From positions 17,546,001-17,610,000 of the forward strand of contig NC_043021.1 of assembly GCF_006345805.1 (NCBI RefSeq): DNA of 64,000 nt, read 5' to 3'. Shown piece by piece: positions 37,059-49,456 of the stretch; position 1 is the first letter of the stretch, and the number at the start of each line of letters is the position of its first letter. The translations under genes were made by a program, and so were the position numbers. The notes below the pieces were generated by a model. It saw only the letters and a program-made list of their open reading frames with translations, was not told the DNA's origin and did no database searches. Source of the DNA: Octopus sinensis (lineage: Eukaryota).

Positions 37059-37347
37059 ATATATATGTATATATTTTGGAAGGTTTGGAGATGATGTACA
37101 GGTATTTTATATTAGAAGAAATGAGGTACTCAGAATATCGGATGGTTTTATATTTACAGATATTTATTTGTATATTACATGTTTTTATACATCATATAAC
37201 TTAGATCATATATTAGCGCTTTCTCCCATTCTAGTGGGGTTTTCAAATCGAACTAAGTTCGAACTTGTATAAATACATGTAATATATAAATAAATATCTG
37301 TAAATATAAAACCATCCGATTTTCTGAGTACCTCATTTCTTCTAATA

Positions 37348-37387
<40 letters not shown>

Positions 37388-37636
37388 ATATATATATATA
37401 TATACGGGTGTGTGTGATTGTGTATAGAAGAATATATTAATAAAAGGAATTCCAACCCTGTCTGATTTTCACGTTTTATTTACAATCTTATGATATAATA
37501 TAAGATAATATAATATAATAAAATAAAATAATGTTAAATGTTCATTCTGATTGAACTAGTACTTTCATGCATTAAATTCTGCAATCTTCAGGTTCATGTA
37601 GTAGTGGTGACAGTCATGCTTCACAATTTTTTATAT

Positions 37637-38076
<440 letters not shown>

Positions 38077-38101
38077 GCTATAGAATAGAGTCGTAAATAA
38101 C

Positions 38102-38426
38102 CTAGTGCACCAAAACCTGTAATTCCTTCTCATTTATATGTTTTAAACGTAAGAGATTTCAAACGTTTCCTTCCTTGACTGTAATTTTTTAGTTTTGACA
38201 TTTCGAAAAATTTTTTCCCCGATTGATTTTAAAATATATGACATTTTTTTTAATAATGTGTGAAGCTTTTTTTAAAACAATTTTGAAAAAAATTCTCAAA
38301 GAAATCAAAGCTGAAAAGTTATGAAAAAGCAGGGCAAATCACCATTTCAAATCACAAGTAACTATTTGATATAATGTAATCTAGAGTGTCTAAACTATTT
38401 AGAAAATACTGTTTTAGGTGCACTAG
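38102..38426. mobile_element. Possible MITE
   Basis: Short inverted termini ctagtgcacc(t)aaaac; no TSD resolved. Confidence 0.4.
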
Positions 38427-38935
38427 ATAATTTCTGACTATTGTACAGGAAATCTTTATATGGCATAACTACACTAATATGCCCCACAAACTGTTTCTCC
38501 ATAAATTTTTGGAATATGGTCATTAAGATTTTCTACAAATATGCTTCAGAGGATGCAGATTACTATTATATTATAATCTAATGGGAAAAGAAAGGAGGGG
38601 GCATATATTTTATGCATTTCTACTTTGTTTCCTCATACGCTTTTATGATATAGATTACAATTATGATGGCGGGGGGGGGGGGGGTGAAGAATTATTTCTG
38701 AGGCCTATTCCAGCCTATCCCCTCTGGAATTTGTTGAATGAATGTATTAATAAAATAAAAATCTTCAGAGATACCAGCATAATCTGAAACAAAAATTATC
38801 GAAGACGAATTTGTTGGTGTAATGGTTTGGTATGTCTACAGGCCTAGGAGTTTTCATTAAAAAAAAATATTCATTAAACAAACTCCAGAAGGGAAAGGGT
38901 GAAACGGTCTTCAAAAGTATTTTCCCAACATAACT

Positions 38936-39340
38936 GGGCGATCTTTCGTCTCTAGTAGACCTTTCCGTCGATTTCCGTAAAAATTTTTTTTATTTTTTTA
39001 CATATGGGCTTGCGGGAACTTTTGAAGTAATATACATACATATACACATACACCGAGTAAAAAATTTCAGTTATTTCTTTCTTTCACACATTACTCTGTC
39101 TCTTCACACACACTAACAGAAGCACTTCACTTACACAACATACTGTCTGTCTCCCACACCCCATCAAACACACACACACATGTACATCAATGCTTCCCAT
39201 GCACGGTAACTTCAAAAGAACTTCCCTCGTCATACAATCGCTTTCTCTTAGTCTCTTTCGCTCTCATTACTTCAAAAGTTCCCGCAAGCCCATATGTAAA
39301 AAAAAAAATGTTTTTACGGAAATCGACGGAAAGGTCGCCC
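38936..39340. mobile_element. MITE upstream of the UBXN10-like gene
   Basis: About 75-bp inverted repeats (gacctttccgtcgatttccgtaaaaa...gggaacttttgaagtaat); termini gggcga/tcgccc. Confidence 0.75.
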
Positions 39341-39619
39341 ATAATTGTAATCTATATCATAAAGGCGTGTGAAGAAACAAGGTCGAGGCATGTAAATCTT
39401 AAACTCCTTTCACAACAAATTCTGATATAATCGTAAAACATCATCTGAAAGTTATTTGTAGAAAATAACAGTAAAACATCTCCATTTTTCAGAAAATTAT
39501 GGGGCACGCTTGTGTAGTTCTGCCCTATGCGTGTATATGTACGTGCGTAAGAGCGCCCACAGCCGCCAGTCCGTTCGATGTCGGTTCCTCGTCGCCCAGG
39601 TGAGCAAACTGTAAACAAT

Positions 39620-39743
39620 ATGGCTACGAGTGGCGATACTCATGCTGGGCGCGATCTACCTGTCCGTGCCTCTCGATTAACATCGTCTACACAACCAGCA
39701 TTCCTTACAGGTGCAAACAGAGACATACAGTCATTGAATACAG
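39620..39743 (+). CDS. UBXN10-like exon 1
   Basis: ATG in a CpG-richer region; MATSGDTHAGRD...; donor G|GTAAGA in phase 1 matches the next exon. Confidence 0.65.
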
Positions 39744-40021
39744 GTAAGAATGAATGGTCATGAGCAGATGTTTGGGTTTTTTTCGCGAGAAAACATCTTC
39801 CATTGAGTAACACGGATATAATATTGTTATATATCTGAGCTTCGTCTTGTTGTTGTTGTTTAGCCCAGGGCAGCCTGTGAAAACTGGCTAATAGTAACGT
39901 ACAAAGACTGCATTATTCAATACGTCTGTTATTTACAGCTGGTAGGCTGAGATTTGAGAGAGATTTAGTTGCTATTTCTAGCCGGTCATGTTACTAAGTA
40001 GGAGCCCTCCAACAGTGTTCG

Positions 40022-40056
<35 letters not shown>

Positions 40057-40409
40057 CGATTCAATGTTTATATTTACGAAGGCAGATATCTGAGTCACCG
40101 GTGTGAAGGAGGGACCCTCTTCGTGTTGCCCGGCCTACAAGAAATAGCAGCCAAATCTCTCAAATCACAGCCTACGGTTTTGAAAAAGTGTATGATGAAA
40201 ATCTAATATTTTGAATAAAAGATTGCGTGATTACGGCTGGAATACTTTGATCATAGATCAGATCTGACCTTGGGCTAAACATGACATTACATGTTCAAGC
40301 GTTATGTTTCGGTGATGGCTTTTTATTGACAATTCACCCGAGCAGTGACAGACAGACAGACGACGTGTGTGCGTCCGTGCACACGTATTTCTGTATAAGA
40401 TATGGTCTT

Positions 40410-40817
40410 ACTCTCTCTCTTTTACTTGTTTCAGTCATTTGACTGCGGCCATGCTGGAGCACCGACTTTAATCGAGCAACTCGACCCCGGGACTTATTCT
40501 TTTTGTAAGCCCAGTACTTATTCTATCGGTCTCTTTTGCCGAACCGCTAAGTAATGGGGACATAAACACCACACCGGTTGTCAAGCAATGCTAGAGGGAC
40601 AAACACAGACACACAAACATATACATACACATACATATATATATATATATATTCGACAGGCTTCTTTCAGTTTTCGCCAACCAAATCCACTCACAAGGCA
40701 TTGGTCGGCCCGGGGCTATAGCAGAAGACACTTGCCCAAGATGCCACGCAGTGGGACTGAACCCGGAACCATGTGGTTGGTTAGCAAGCTACTTACCACA
40801 CAGCCACTCCTGCGCCT
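40410..40817 (-). mobile_element. SINE family A
   Basis: Family sequence. Confidence 0.88.
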
Positions 40818-41544
40818 GTTAAGTATTTTGTCTGGAGTGCTAATATTTCTGACCATTTGCTGCCTTCTTTTCAGACTTAATGAATCCATGGCTACTTTAT
40901 TCAGCGTGTCCTTCCTTTTTTTGTGTTCAAGTGTGGCTTGAAGAAAATTTACCTTCTTTCTAGCTGGTCAAACAACTGCATGAGGACACTCATTGATTCA
41001 GAAAAAGTAGCAGCTGTAATTGATGTTGCTCTTTAACCCTAGGTCATTATAATCAAAGGCATTCCAGCTGCAACCATCTCATCTATTTCACCTTGTCCAT
41101 CAAATATGTCACCTAATATCCTCCATTTTTTAAAGACAAGTGTATGGTTTGAGGGAGATTTGGCAGATATTTTTAGCAGGAAAAACAACCATGTACAAGC
41201 TTTCTCATTGGTTTAATAAGCATTTGGTTCCAGTGATGACCACCACCTCCCAAGACAATTTAGATAGGAACCAATGAAACTATAGCATCAGCAGATTAAC
41301 AAGGGCAGACTTGTTTTTATTGCTTACAACTTTTAGAGCTTCTTGGGACCAATGGCAAGAAAAGAGGTAATTCCCAGACCAGAAATCTGTCCTGAATATA
41401 TACAGCATAGGAACCTCCACTAAAGGAAACCCAGGACCACATGGTGGTGTTCAACTAAAGACTTCCTTGCAGGAATTCACTAGTTCTGTCAACCAAATTC
41501 TACTGATACTCTGAAACAAGTAAAAGAGTAAAAGAGAGTAAAGT

Positions 41545-41880
41545 ACTGCGGCCATGCTGGAGCACCGCCTTTAGTCATGCAACTCGACCCCGGGTCTTAT
41601 TCTTTGTAAGCCCAGTACTTATTCTATCGCTCTCTTTTGCCGAACTGCTAAGTGACGGCGACGTAAACACACCAGCATCGGTTGTCAAGCAATGCTAGGG
41701 GGACAAACACAGACACACATATATACGACAGGCTTCTTTCAGTTTCCGTCTACCAAATCCACTCACAAGGCTTTGGTCGGCCCGGGGCTATAGCAGAAGA
41801 CACTTGCCCAAGATGCAAAGCAGTGGGACTGAACCCAGAACCATGTGGTTGGTTAGCAAGCTACTTACCACACAGCCACT
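41545..41880 (-). mobile_element. SINE family A
   Basis: Family sequence. Confidence 0.85.
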
Positions 41881-42040
41881 GCATAACAAGTTCACCAGTA
41901 CACTGTCAAAGCAGACACTGGAGCTCGATTCAGTCCTTAGACCCACGGGATCCTGTCAAACCAACCAACCCATTCCAGCATGGAACATGGATATTAAAAT
42001 GTTTTAACAACAATTCATAAGTATTTTTGTTTTTTGCCAG

Positions 42041-42137
42041 ATTCTTTTCTCATTCCATCAAAGCAAATAATGAGGTCAAATGATGCCAGCAGAAATCAGA
42101 ATGGTAGAGATACTCCGAGTAATTCTCTCTCAAACAG
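42041..42137 (+). CDS. UBXN10-like exon 2
   Basis: Acceptor ttttgttttttgccag, donor AG|GTAAGA; open frame DSFLIPSKQ..., phase 1 in and phase 2 out. Confidence 0.65.
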
Positions 42138-43011
42138 GTAAGAACCGACTCAACACCTTATTACTGAACATTTTTTTCTTTTGTCATTTGATTGTGGCCA
42201 TGCTGGAGCACCGCCTTTAGTCAAACAAATCAACCCCAGGACTTAATCTTTGTAAGCCTACCACTTATTCTATCGGTCTATTTTGCCGAACCACTAAGTT
42301 ATGGGGATGTAAACATACCAACATCGGTTGTCAAGTGACAGCGGTGGGGGGATGAACACAGTCACACACAACAGGCTTCTTTCAGTTTCTGTCTACGAAA
42401 TCCACTCGCAAGGCTTCGGTCAGCCCATGGCTATAGTTGAAGACACTTGCCAAAGGTGCCATGCAGGGGGACTGAACCTGGAACCATGTGGTTGGTAAGC
42501 AAGCATCTTACTACACAGCCACTCCATATGGTGCAGGGAGAACAAATCAGAAATTGGATTATCATTCAGTTTCATAGAAACAAAATAAAATTGGCATTTT
42601 GTTTGCTTAATGTGATTCTGAGTTCAGTCCCACTGCGTGGCACCTTTGGCGAGTGTCTTCTACTATAGGCCTGGATCAACCAAAACCTCGTAAGTGTAGA
42701 TGGAAAAAGAAGGAGTGAGTGAGTGAGTGAGTGAGTGTCTACGAAATCCACTCACAAGGCTTTGGTCGGCCCGAGGCTATAGTAGAAGACACTTGCCCAA
42801 GGTGCCACACAGTGGGACTGATCCCGGAACCATGTGGTTGGTAAGCAAGCTACTTACCACACAGCCACTCCTGCGCCTAAAGTTTTCTGTCAGATCATCA
42901 GATGTCTAAGAAAAGATCTTAGGGTAGGATCTTTTGATCAGTTTTTCAATTAGCCAAAAGAAAAACTCAAACTTAAATTCTAGAATTTACCATTTTTTTC
43001 TTTCCTTGCAG

Positions 43012-43223
43012 CCAACAACAGTCATTCAGCTCTTTGGAAGCAGCTCTGCAGGGTCAAGTTTCCCTGCAGTCACGAAGAATGTCAGATAGTTACCTCATTA
43101 AACCTCCAATGACCACAAAAGGATCCAGACGTGACCACCCACAGCGACCGACCCCACCATCATCAGGATACTGTTCGACTGGTTTAACATCACAGTTAGA
43201 CATTTCTGAAAATCCCCATCAAG
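43012..43223 (+). CDS. UBXN10-like exon 3
   Basis: Acceptor tttctttccttgcag, donor G|GTAACG; open frame, phase 2 in and phase 1 out. Confidence 0.7.
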
Positions 43224-43271
43224 GTAACGTAGATTTTAATTGGGTTTTGTTTTTAAACTCAATTTCTAGAC

Positions 43272-43490
43272 CAGTGCTTTTCAAACTTTTTGCTGGAGCG
43301 GAACCCCAAGGAAACATTCCACTGGCTCGGGGAACCCCTGTGCAATAATTTAATAGTCTTATGCACACATATCTGCACAGGAGAATTAAAAATTACTGCC
43401 AATTTTAGCAGTTTTGTAACTTCTTGCGGAACCCCTGGACTGTACTGGCAGAACCCTAAGGTTCCGCGGAACCCTGGTTGAAAACCACTG
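43272..43490. mobile_element. hAT (Charlie-like) MITE
   Basis: Same TIRs; 8-bp TSD ttctagac. Confidence 0.92.
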
Positions 43491-43824
43491 TTCTAGACAA
43501 AGTAGAAACTGTTAGTGAAGGGAGTTGGAGATTTCACTGAGGTTTGGGGTGGTTTCAGAGACAGAATTACCTGGCTGAGGAAATGGTTAGAACCCTAGGA
43601 CCTTGAGCCAACAAGAGGGCCTCAACTGAAACTCAAATTGCTAGAAATAGCTACGGGCATTGTCAGTGACAATGACAAGGGTCCCAGTTGATTCAATCAA
43701 CAGAACAGCCTGCTTGTGAAATTAATATGCAAGTGGTTGAGTATTCCACAGATATGCACAACCTTAACAGTTCTCAGAGACTCAGTATGATACAGAATAT
43801 TTCCTACTCTAGGCACAAGGCCTG

Positions 43825-44420
43825 AAATTTTGTGGGAGGGGGCCAGTCAATTAAATCAAGCCCAGTATGCAACTGGTACTTTGACCTCCAAAAAGATGAA
43901 AGGCAAAGTCGACCTCAGTGGAATTTGAACTCAGAATGTAAAGACACAAAATACTAAGCATTTCGCCCAGCATGGTTATGTTTCTTATTTCTTTATTGCC
44001 CACAAGGGGCTAAACATAGAGGGGACAAACAAGGACAGACAAACAGATTAAATCGATTATATCGACCCCAGTGCGTAACTGGTACTTGTTTAATCAACTC
44101 CGAAAGGATGAAAGGCAAAGTTGACTTCGGTGGAATTTGAACTCAGACTGTAGCGGCAGACGAAATACTGCTAAGCATTTCGCCCGGCATGCTAATGTTT
44201 CTTCTTTATTGCCCACAAAGGGCTAAACAGAGAGACAAACAAGGACAGACAAACAGATTAAGTCGATTACATCGACTCCAGTGCATAACTGGTACTTAAT
44301 TTATCGACCTCGAAAAGATGAAAGGCAAAGTCGATCTCGGCGGAATTTGAACTCAGAACGTAACGGCAGGTGAAATACCCCTAAACATTTTGCCCGGCAT
44401 GCTAACGGTTCTGCCAGCTT
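43825..44420 (-). mobile_element. Tandem SINE-B cluster
   Basis: Three to four consecutive minus-strand family B segments. Confidence 0.8.
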
Positions 44421-45569
44421 GCTGCCTACAGTACGATACCGAATGCAACAAGACTGGCCCTTTGAATGACAGATGCTGAGTGGACTGGAGCAATGGGGAA
44501 TAGAGTGTCTTGCTCAAGGACATAGTACACTGGCCGGCAATCTGACTCACGACCAAATACCCTAAACCCCAAGTTACCATGAGTGAATCAAAAGATTCCC
44601 CGTGGAGGCCCTCATTACATCACAGGTTTATAAAATATTCTTCCATTTCATTAGTAAACATTGAAGTATCTTCCTAAGCACAAGCATGGCAGTGTGGTAA
44701 GAGGTTTACTTCCCATCCACATGGTTCCAGGTTCAGTCTCACTGTATGGCACCTTGGGCAAGTTTCTACAGTAGCCTTGGACTGACCAAAGCCTTGGGAG
44801 TGGATTTGGTAAACAAACTGTAAGAAGCTCATCATGTGCTTGTGTGTTGGTTTGTTTATGTCCCCATAGCTTAGCAGTTCAACAAGAGAATAAGTACCAG
44901 GTTTTAAAGGATTAGGGGTCAGATCATTCAGCTAAAGGCCCTTCAAGGAGGTACCCTAGTCTGCCTGCAATCCAATCTCCAAACAAAAGAAAAAATTATG
45001 TCACGTGTATATTGGCAGGGACTTCAGGGGTGATAAGGGATCTAGTTCCATTGGGTGTAGGGCCCAGGGAACTCCTTGCTGGGAAGATATCAAGAACTGT
45101 CTCCAAGATTAAGAAATTGTCTCCAAAAATAATTTAAAAGAATTCATGGACCTTACAAAGCATGTATCTCCAATTAAAAATTTAACAAAAAACATTCAAC
45201 TTCATAATGTCCATCTGCACACGCATGCATCTGCATGCACCTGCACGTGCATCTGTGTGCACAAAGTGTTGATCTGAAGTTAATGTTCTTTCAAGTGTAT
45301 CCAATAAAAAATTTATGATCCATTAAAGTTGCTAAGACCAATCATAGTAAGATATGATTGTTCTTCATTCCAGTGGAAATTCAACAAAATGTCTAAATAA
45401 CCAATTAAAAAAATCAAAGACATGAAACAAATTTTATTTTTACAAAAAGAAAAATATTACAAAAGGGTTTAACGTAAATTACAGATTTTCTATATGAAAA
45501 ATAATATCTAAAAGAATATTGAAAATTTATACAATTTAAAAGCTTAAATGATTTTTTAAATGGAAGGGG

Positions 45570-45893
45570 TAGTTAGTTAGTTAATTTTTGGCTCAAAAAG
45601 CAAAAAGCAAGGCCATGTAGGGGGACATGGAGTTATGTACAGGGTGGTGCTCATGTAAAGAGTTCAGGCCACTTGTGGTCAAGGGAGACTGAACCAAGCG
45701 GTCGTTGGCATTTTCACCATCTCGTCCGGCAGCTTATTCCACGGATCTGCAACCCGGACGGAGAAAGCCCCTCTCCTTCGATTGAGATGAAATCATCGCA
45801 GATAGAGCTTTTCGGAATGACACCGCAGCCAACGCTCTGGAGCAAGAGTGAAGAACAGCTCTTTCGAGAGGTTACACTTTCCGCTTATGATGT
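45570..45893 (-). mobile_element. CR1-type LINE 3' end
   Basis: Reverse-complement match to about 63190-63481, with (AACT)n tail. Confidence 0.85.
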
Positions 45894-46349
45894 ATTGAGT
45901 TTGAAGGCTGTTTTATCTCTCCAAAACTGTTTTCTGTCATGGGCGAGAAAGAAAAGCTGAAAAACTGGAAGAATGCTGTTTGAATGAATGGCATCCAACT
46001 CAGGAAGTACATTGAATCAGAACAGTTGGATTTTACTAATCACCAAGAGATGTGTACAGGTCGCTGTGTACTCCTATCACCATTGAAGACAATGGTATTT
46101 GATGATGGCACTTTGGCCCCAATCTCAACTCAGCTGGCAGGGACTGGGATTAGCATTAAAGAAAACAGTTATCTCTATGTTTCTGAACAGACTTCTGGCA
46201 AAATTGCTGAAGCAGTAGGAAGTCAGTATACGTATGTTAATCAATCTTAAAACCAAGAGAACGCCGATGTCAAACCAAGTGTACAGGTTCTGCATAATCT
46301 CAAAACCAAGATGGTAGCCACATTGTGCAAAAAAAAAAAAAAAAAAAAA
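45891..46349 (+). pseudogene. GMEB-like SAND-domain retrocopy fragment
   Basis: CIEFEGCFISPKLFSVMGEKEKLKNWKNAV*MNGIQLRKYIESEQLDFTNHQEMCTGRC resembles the GMEB SAND domain (ISPK.F...LKDWK.AIR.GGI.LRK...G..DFY.H...C...C); stops at 45981 and 46248; ends in an A-run. Confidence 0.8.
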
Positions 46350-47334
46350 GGGACAATATCTAATTCAACAGGGGACTTTTTACCAGCTCATTCATTGAGC
46401 TTAATGAACCTTAATGTTTTAATTTTTATTCAACAGAAACCAGTATCAATTAAGAACAAAAAAGTTTAATATATATTTATTCCATACAGGCTAAAAACCA
46501 AAAATTTTGTGGGAGGGGGCCAGTCAATTAGATCAAGCCCAGTATGCAACTGGTACTTTGACCTCCAAAAGGATGAAAGGCAAAGTCGACCTCAGTGGAA
46601 TTTGAACTCAGAATGTAAAGACACAAAATACTAAGCATTTCGCCCAGCATGCTTATGTTTCTTATTCCTTTATTGCCCACAAGGGGCTAAACATAAAGGG
46701 GACAAACAAAGACAGACAAAAGGATTAAGTCGATTATATCGACCCCAGTGCGTAACTGGTACTTGTTTAATCGACCCTGAAAGGATGAAAGACAAAGTCG
46801 ACCTCGGCAGAATTTGAACTCAGAACGTAACGGCAGACATGACATAACGGTAAAACAATTTTAGGATTTAAAATATTAAATTAGTACCAATCATTACCAT
46901 TGACTAAACTCAAATTTAGTGGCTTTGTGTCTATTTGACTGGTGTTTTATTAATCCTAGTAGTAGTAGTTGAGACAAGGTCAACCTTGGCAGGATTTGAA
47001 CTCAAAACGAGTAGAATTAAATACAGCACAAACATTGAGGCACTATTTCTGCCAATTCATCACTGCTTTATGAGGTTTTAAAATACTCATGGTCATTCAG
47101 TTTTTATTTGATATGATGAGCTGGTCTAATATTCAACCCTTATACAAAAGAATTTAATTTGAACAAAATGACCTGACCTAAAGTTAGAGCTTGAGAGGTC
47201 CTTTAGGGTGATAAAAACTTAACTGAATCTAGAATTCAAAACAGTTTTTCAGTTTTCCGCAGAATCTAAAAATCAAAGTCATTTTGACAGTGACAAAAAA
47301 AAACAATTATATTTTTGAAATGAATTCTGTATAT

Positions 47335-47730
47335 TATTTACATTGGATGGAGATATGTCCTCATCTTGTTATATTTCAGCCGATTTGCTCTCCAACCTTC
47401 ATCAAGTGTCCTTGTAGAATTTTGAACCCAACCCTGGGTTCTCATTCCTAAAGTATTTTTTTGCTGATATTTATTCAAGGCACTGCCTGGAATTGAACTC
47501 GCAATCTTTGGGTTAGTAGCCTGCACTCTTAACCAGTACACTATCTGCCCGAGGTGGAGTCCAATTCCAATCAGTGTCTTGAATAAATAACATCATCAAA
47601 AAATACCTTAGGAATGAGAACCCAGAGTTGGGTTCAAAATTCTACCAGGACACCTGATGAAGGCTGAAAAGGAAATCGACCGAAACATGATAACAAACCT
47701 GGACACATATCCGTCCAATGTCAATAATGT
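47335..47730. mobile_element. Degenerate fold-back with hammerhead-like motif
   Basis: Inverted arms about 47335-47460 and 47600-47730; CTGATGA-A-GGCTG...GAAAC at 47654-47686. Confidence 0.55.
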
Positions 47731-48842
47731 AATTGGAGTAAATAGAAGCAATCTTTAAAAGAAAATTTAGTTTTATAGTAAAATAATGAATTGTATCATA
47801 AAATCTTGTTCCTGACAAGTCTTGGAATTAAAGGTAAAAAAAATTCAAGTTTGGAAACAGATTGAGTTTTTATCAATAATTTTAGAACCGTTTCTAATAT
47901 CTATATAAAACTCAACTTTTGTGCGTGTGTGTGCGCGTGTGTGTGTATCTGTGTGTGTGTGTGTTTAACTTCCCGGCACATCTGGCCAACAAATCGTAGA
48001 ACCACCAAAAATGGGTCACTTAAAGTTTAGGCGAATGAAAATTGAACTGCGCTATTTCTGTTCCAAAATTCATTTCGCAAGTGCAAAAATCGATAATGTG
48101 TTTGTTTAGGCCTTATCCCATGCATTGAATAGTGAACTTCACTCAGTCAGCTGTTTGACGTGAACTGTGTTCACCACGCGTGCAAGCATGCGTAAATTGC
48201 ATGAAAAATAAAAAATAAAAATATAAAAACGAATCGCCGTAAACATTGTAGAAATTCGGCAAAGAAATGAATTTTCGGAATGTAGCCTGGAGGGTTTTTT
48301 CGTATTAACCGTTTGGACTTTGTGAACACATACCAATTCTTTTCATAACATTTTTAACGCTTTGAATTAAATGTGACCATTTTGCGTTGAGTCTGAAGTT
48401 TGAATCACTTTAACCAAATTTTAGCAGCCCAGATTTTTGATCATCACGATACATTGCCAGTGACTCCCTGAAACCCCGTTGAGAAATCTATTATATATAT
48501 ATAGAATAATACTTTGAATGTGACTCCTGAGAAAGGGTAAAAGTAATTATCCGATGAACGACGGGTATTACTGCTAGTTCTATATAATTGTATAGAGTAC
48601 ATTGGATTACTAACTGTAAGGACTTTTGTATACACAATTCTAATCTGATGTGTGCATATGCACACACACACACAATTCTACCCTGGTGCATAGAGGATTC
48701 TGTTCTAGTGTGTATAACATATACACAATCTTACTCCAGTGTATGAATAGGATTCCAGCGTTGATATTCTAGTTGCCGCCATTACATTTACCAATATTTA
48801 TGTTGTAGACATTTACTAAGAATATGCTAAACTTTTTTTCAG

Positions 48843-49456
48843 ATGATTTCCTGATTAATGTCACCCGACCAAAGTCTTCCTCCCTGTCCAGATATAAACC
48901 ACTGCCAGCCATAAAGCCAAAGTTTACGACGCCAACACCTAGAGATATCCATGTTATACCAACTGACACCTCAGACACAACAGTGGACATGGATTCTTGT
49001 CAAGTCAAAGATACAGAATTCTTTGAGTTCTATAGAAGCAAAAACAAACATTTTGATACAGTTCTCAATCAGTCAGCATCTCCAAGAAGTTTGCCATTAA
49101 ACCTCCGTTTCGAAGAGAATGATGGTTTATCTTCAGACACTGAACCTGATGAAAAAACTTCCAATACTTTGGTGGTAGCACCAGAATGTGTTGGGCAAAA
49201 TATTCTATTGGCAGTAAAATTACCCAACAGTCAGCGAATTCAGAAATGTTTCCATCCAGATGAAACTTTCCGAGCAGTGCGTCAGTTTGCCGAACATGAG
49301 AGCGGTGAGAATTTGTCCGACTATCAGTTGGTTTGTAACATGCCTCGGGTCCTACTTGATTTGGACACCACAATACGGGACAACGGACTTTTAGACAAAA
49401 CATTGCTGCATTTAGAACATTCTGGAACATTCAGAGATCATAAACTACAACATTGA
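48843..49456 (+). CDS. UBXN10: UBXN10-like terminal exon with UBX domain
   Basis: TRPKS and SSLSRYKPLPAI recall UBXN10 (RPKS, SSLNKYPVLPSI); C-terminal LLAVKLPNSQRIQKCFHPDET...MPR...DNGLLDKTLLHLE is a UBX fold (about 49199-49417); acceptor ttttttttcag; spliced total 1047 nt is in frame. Confidence 0.8.
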
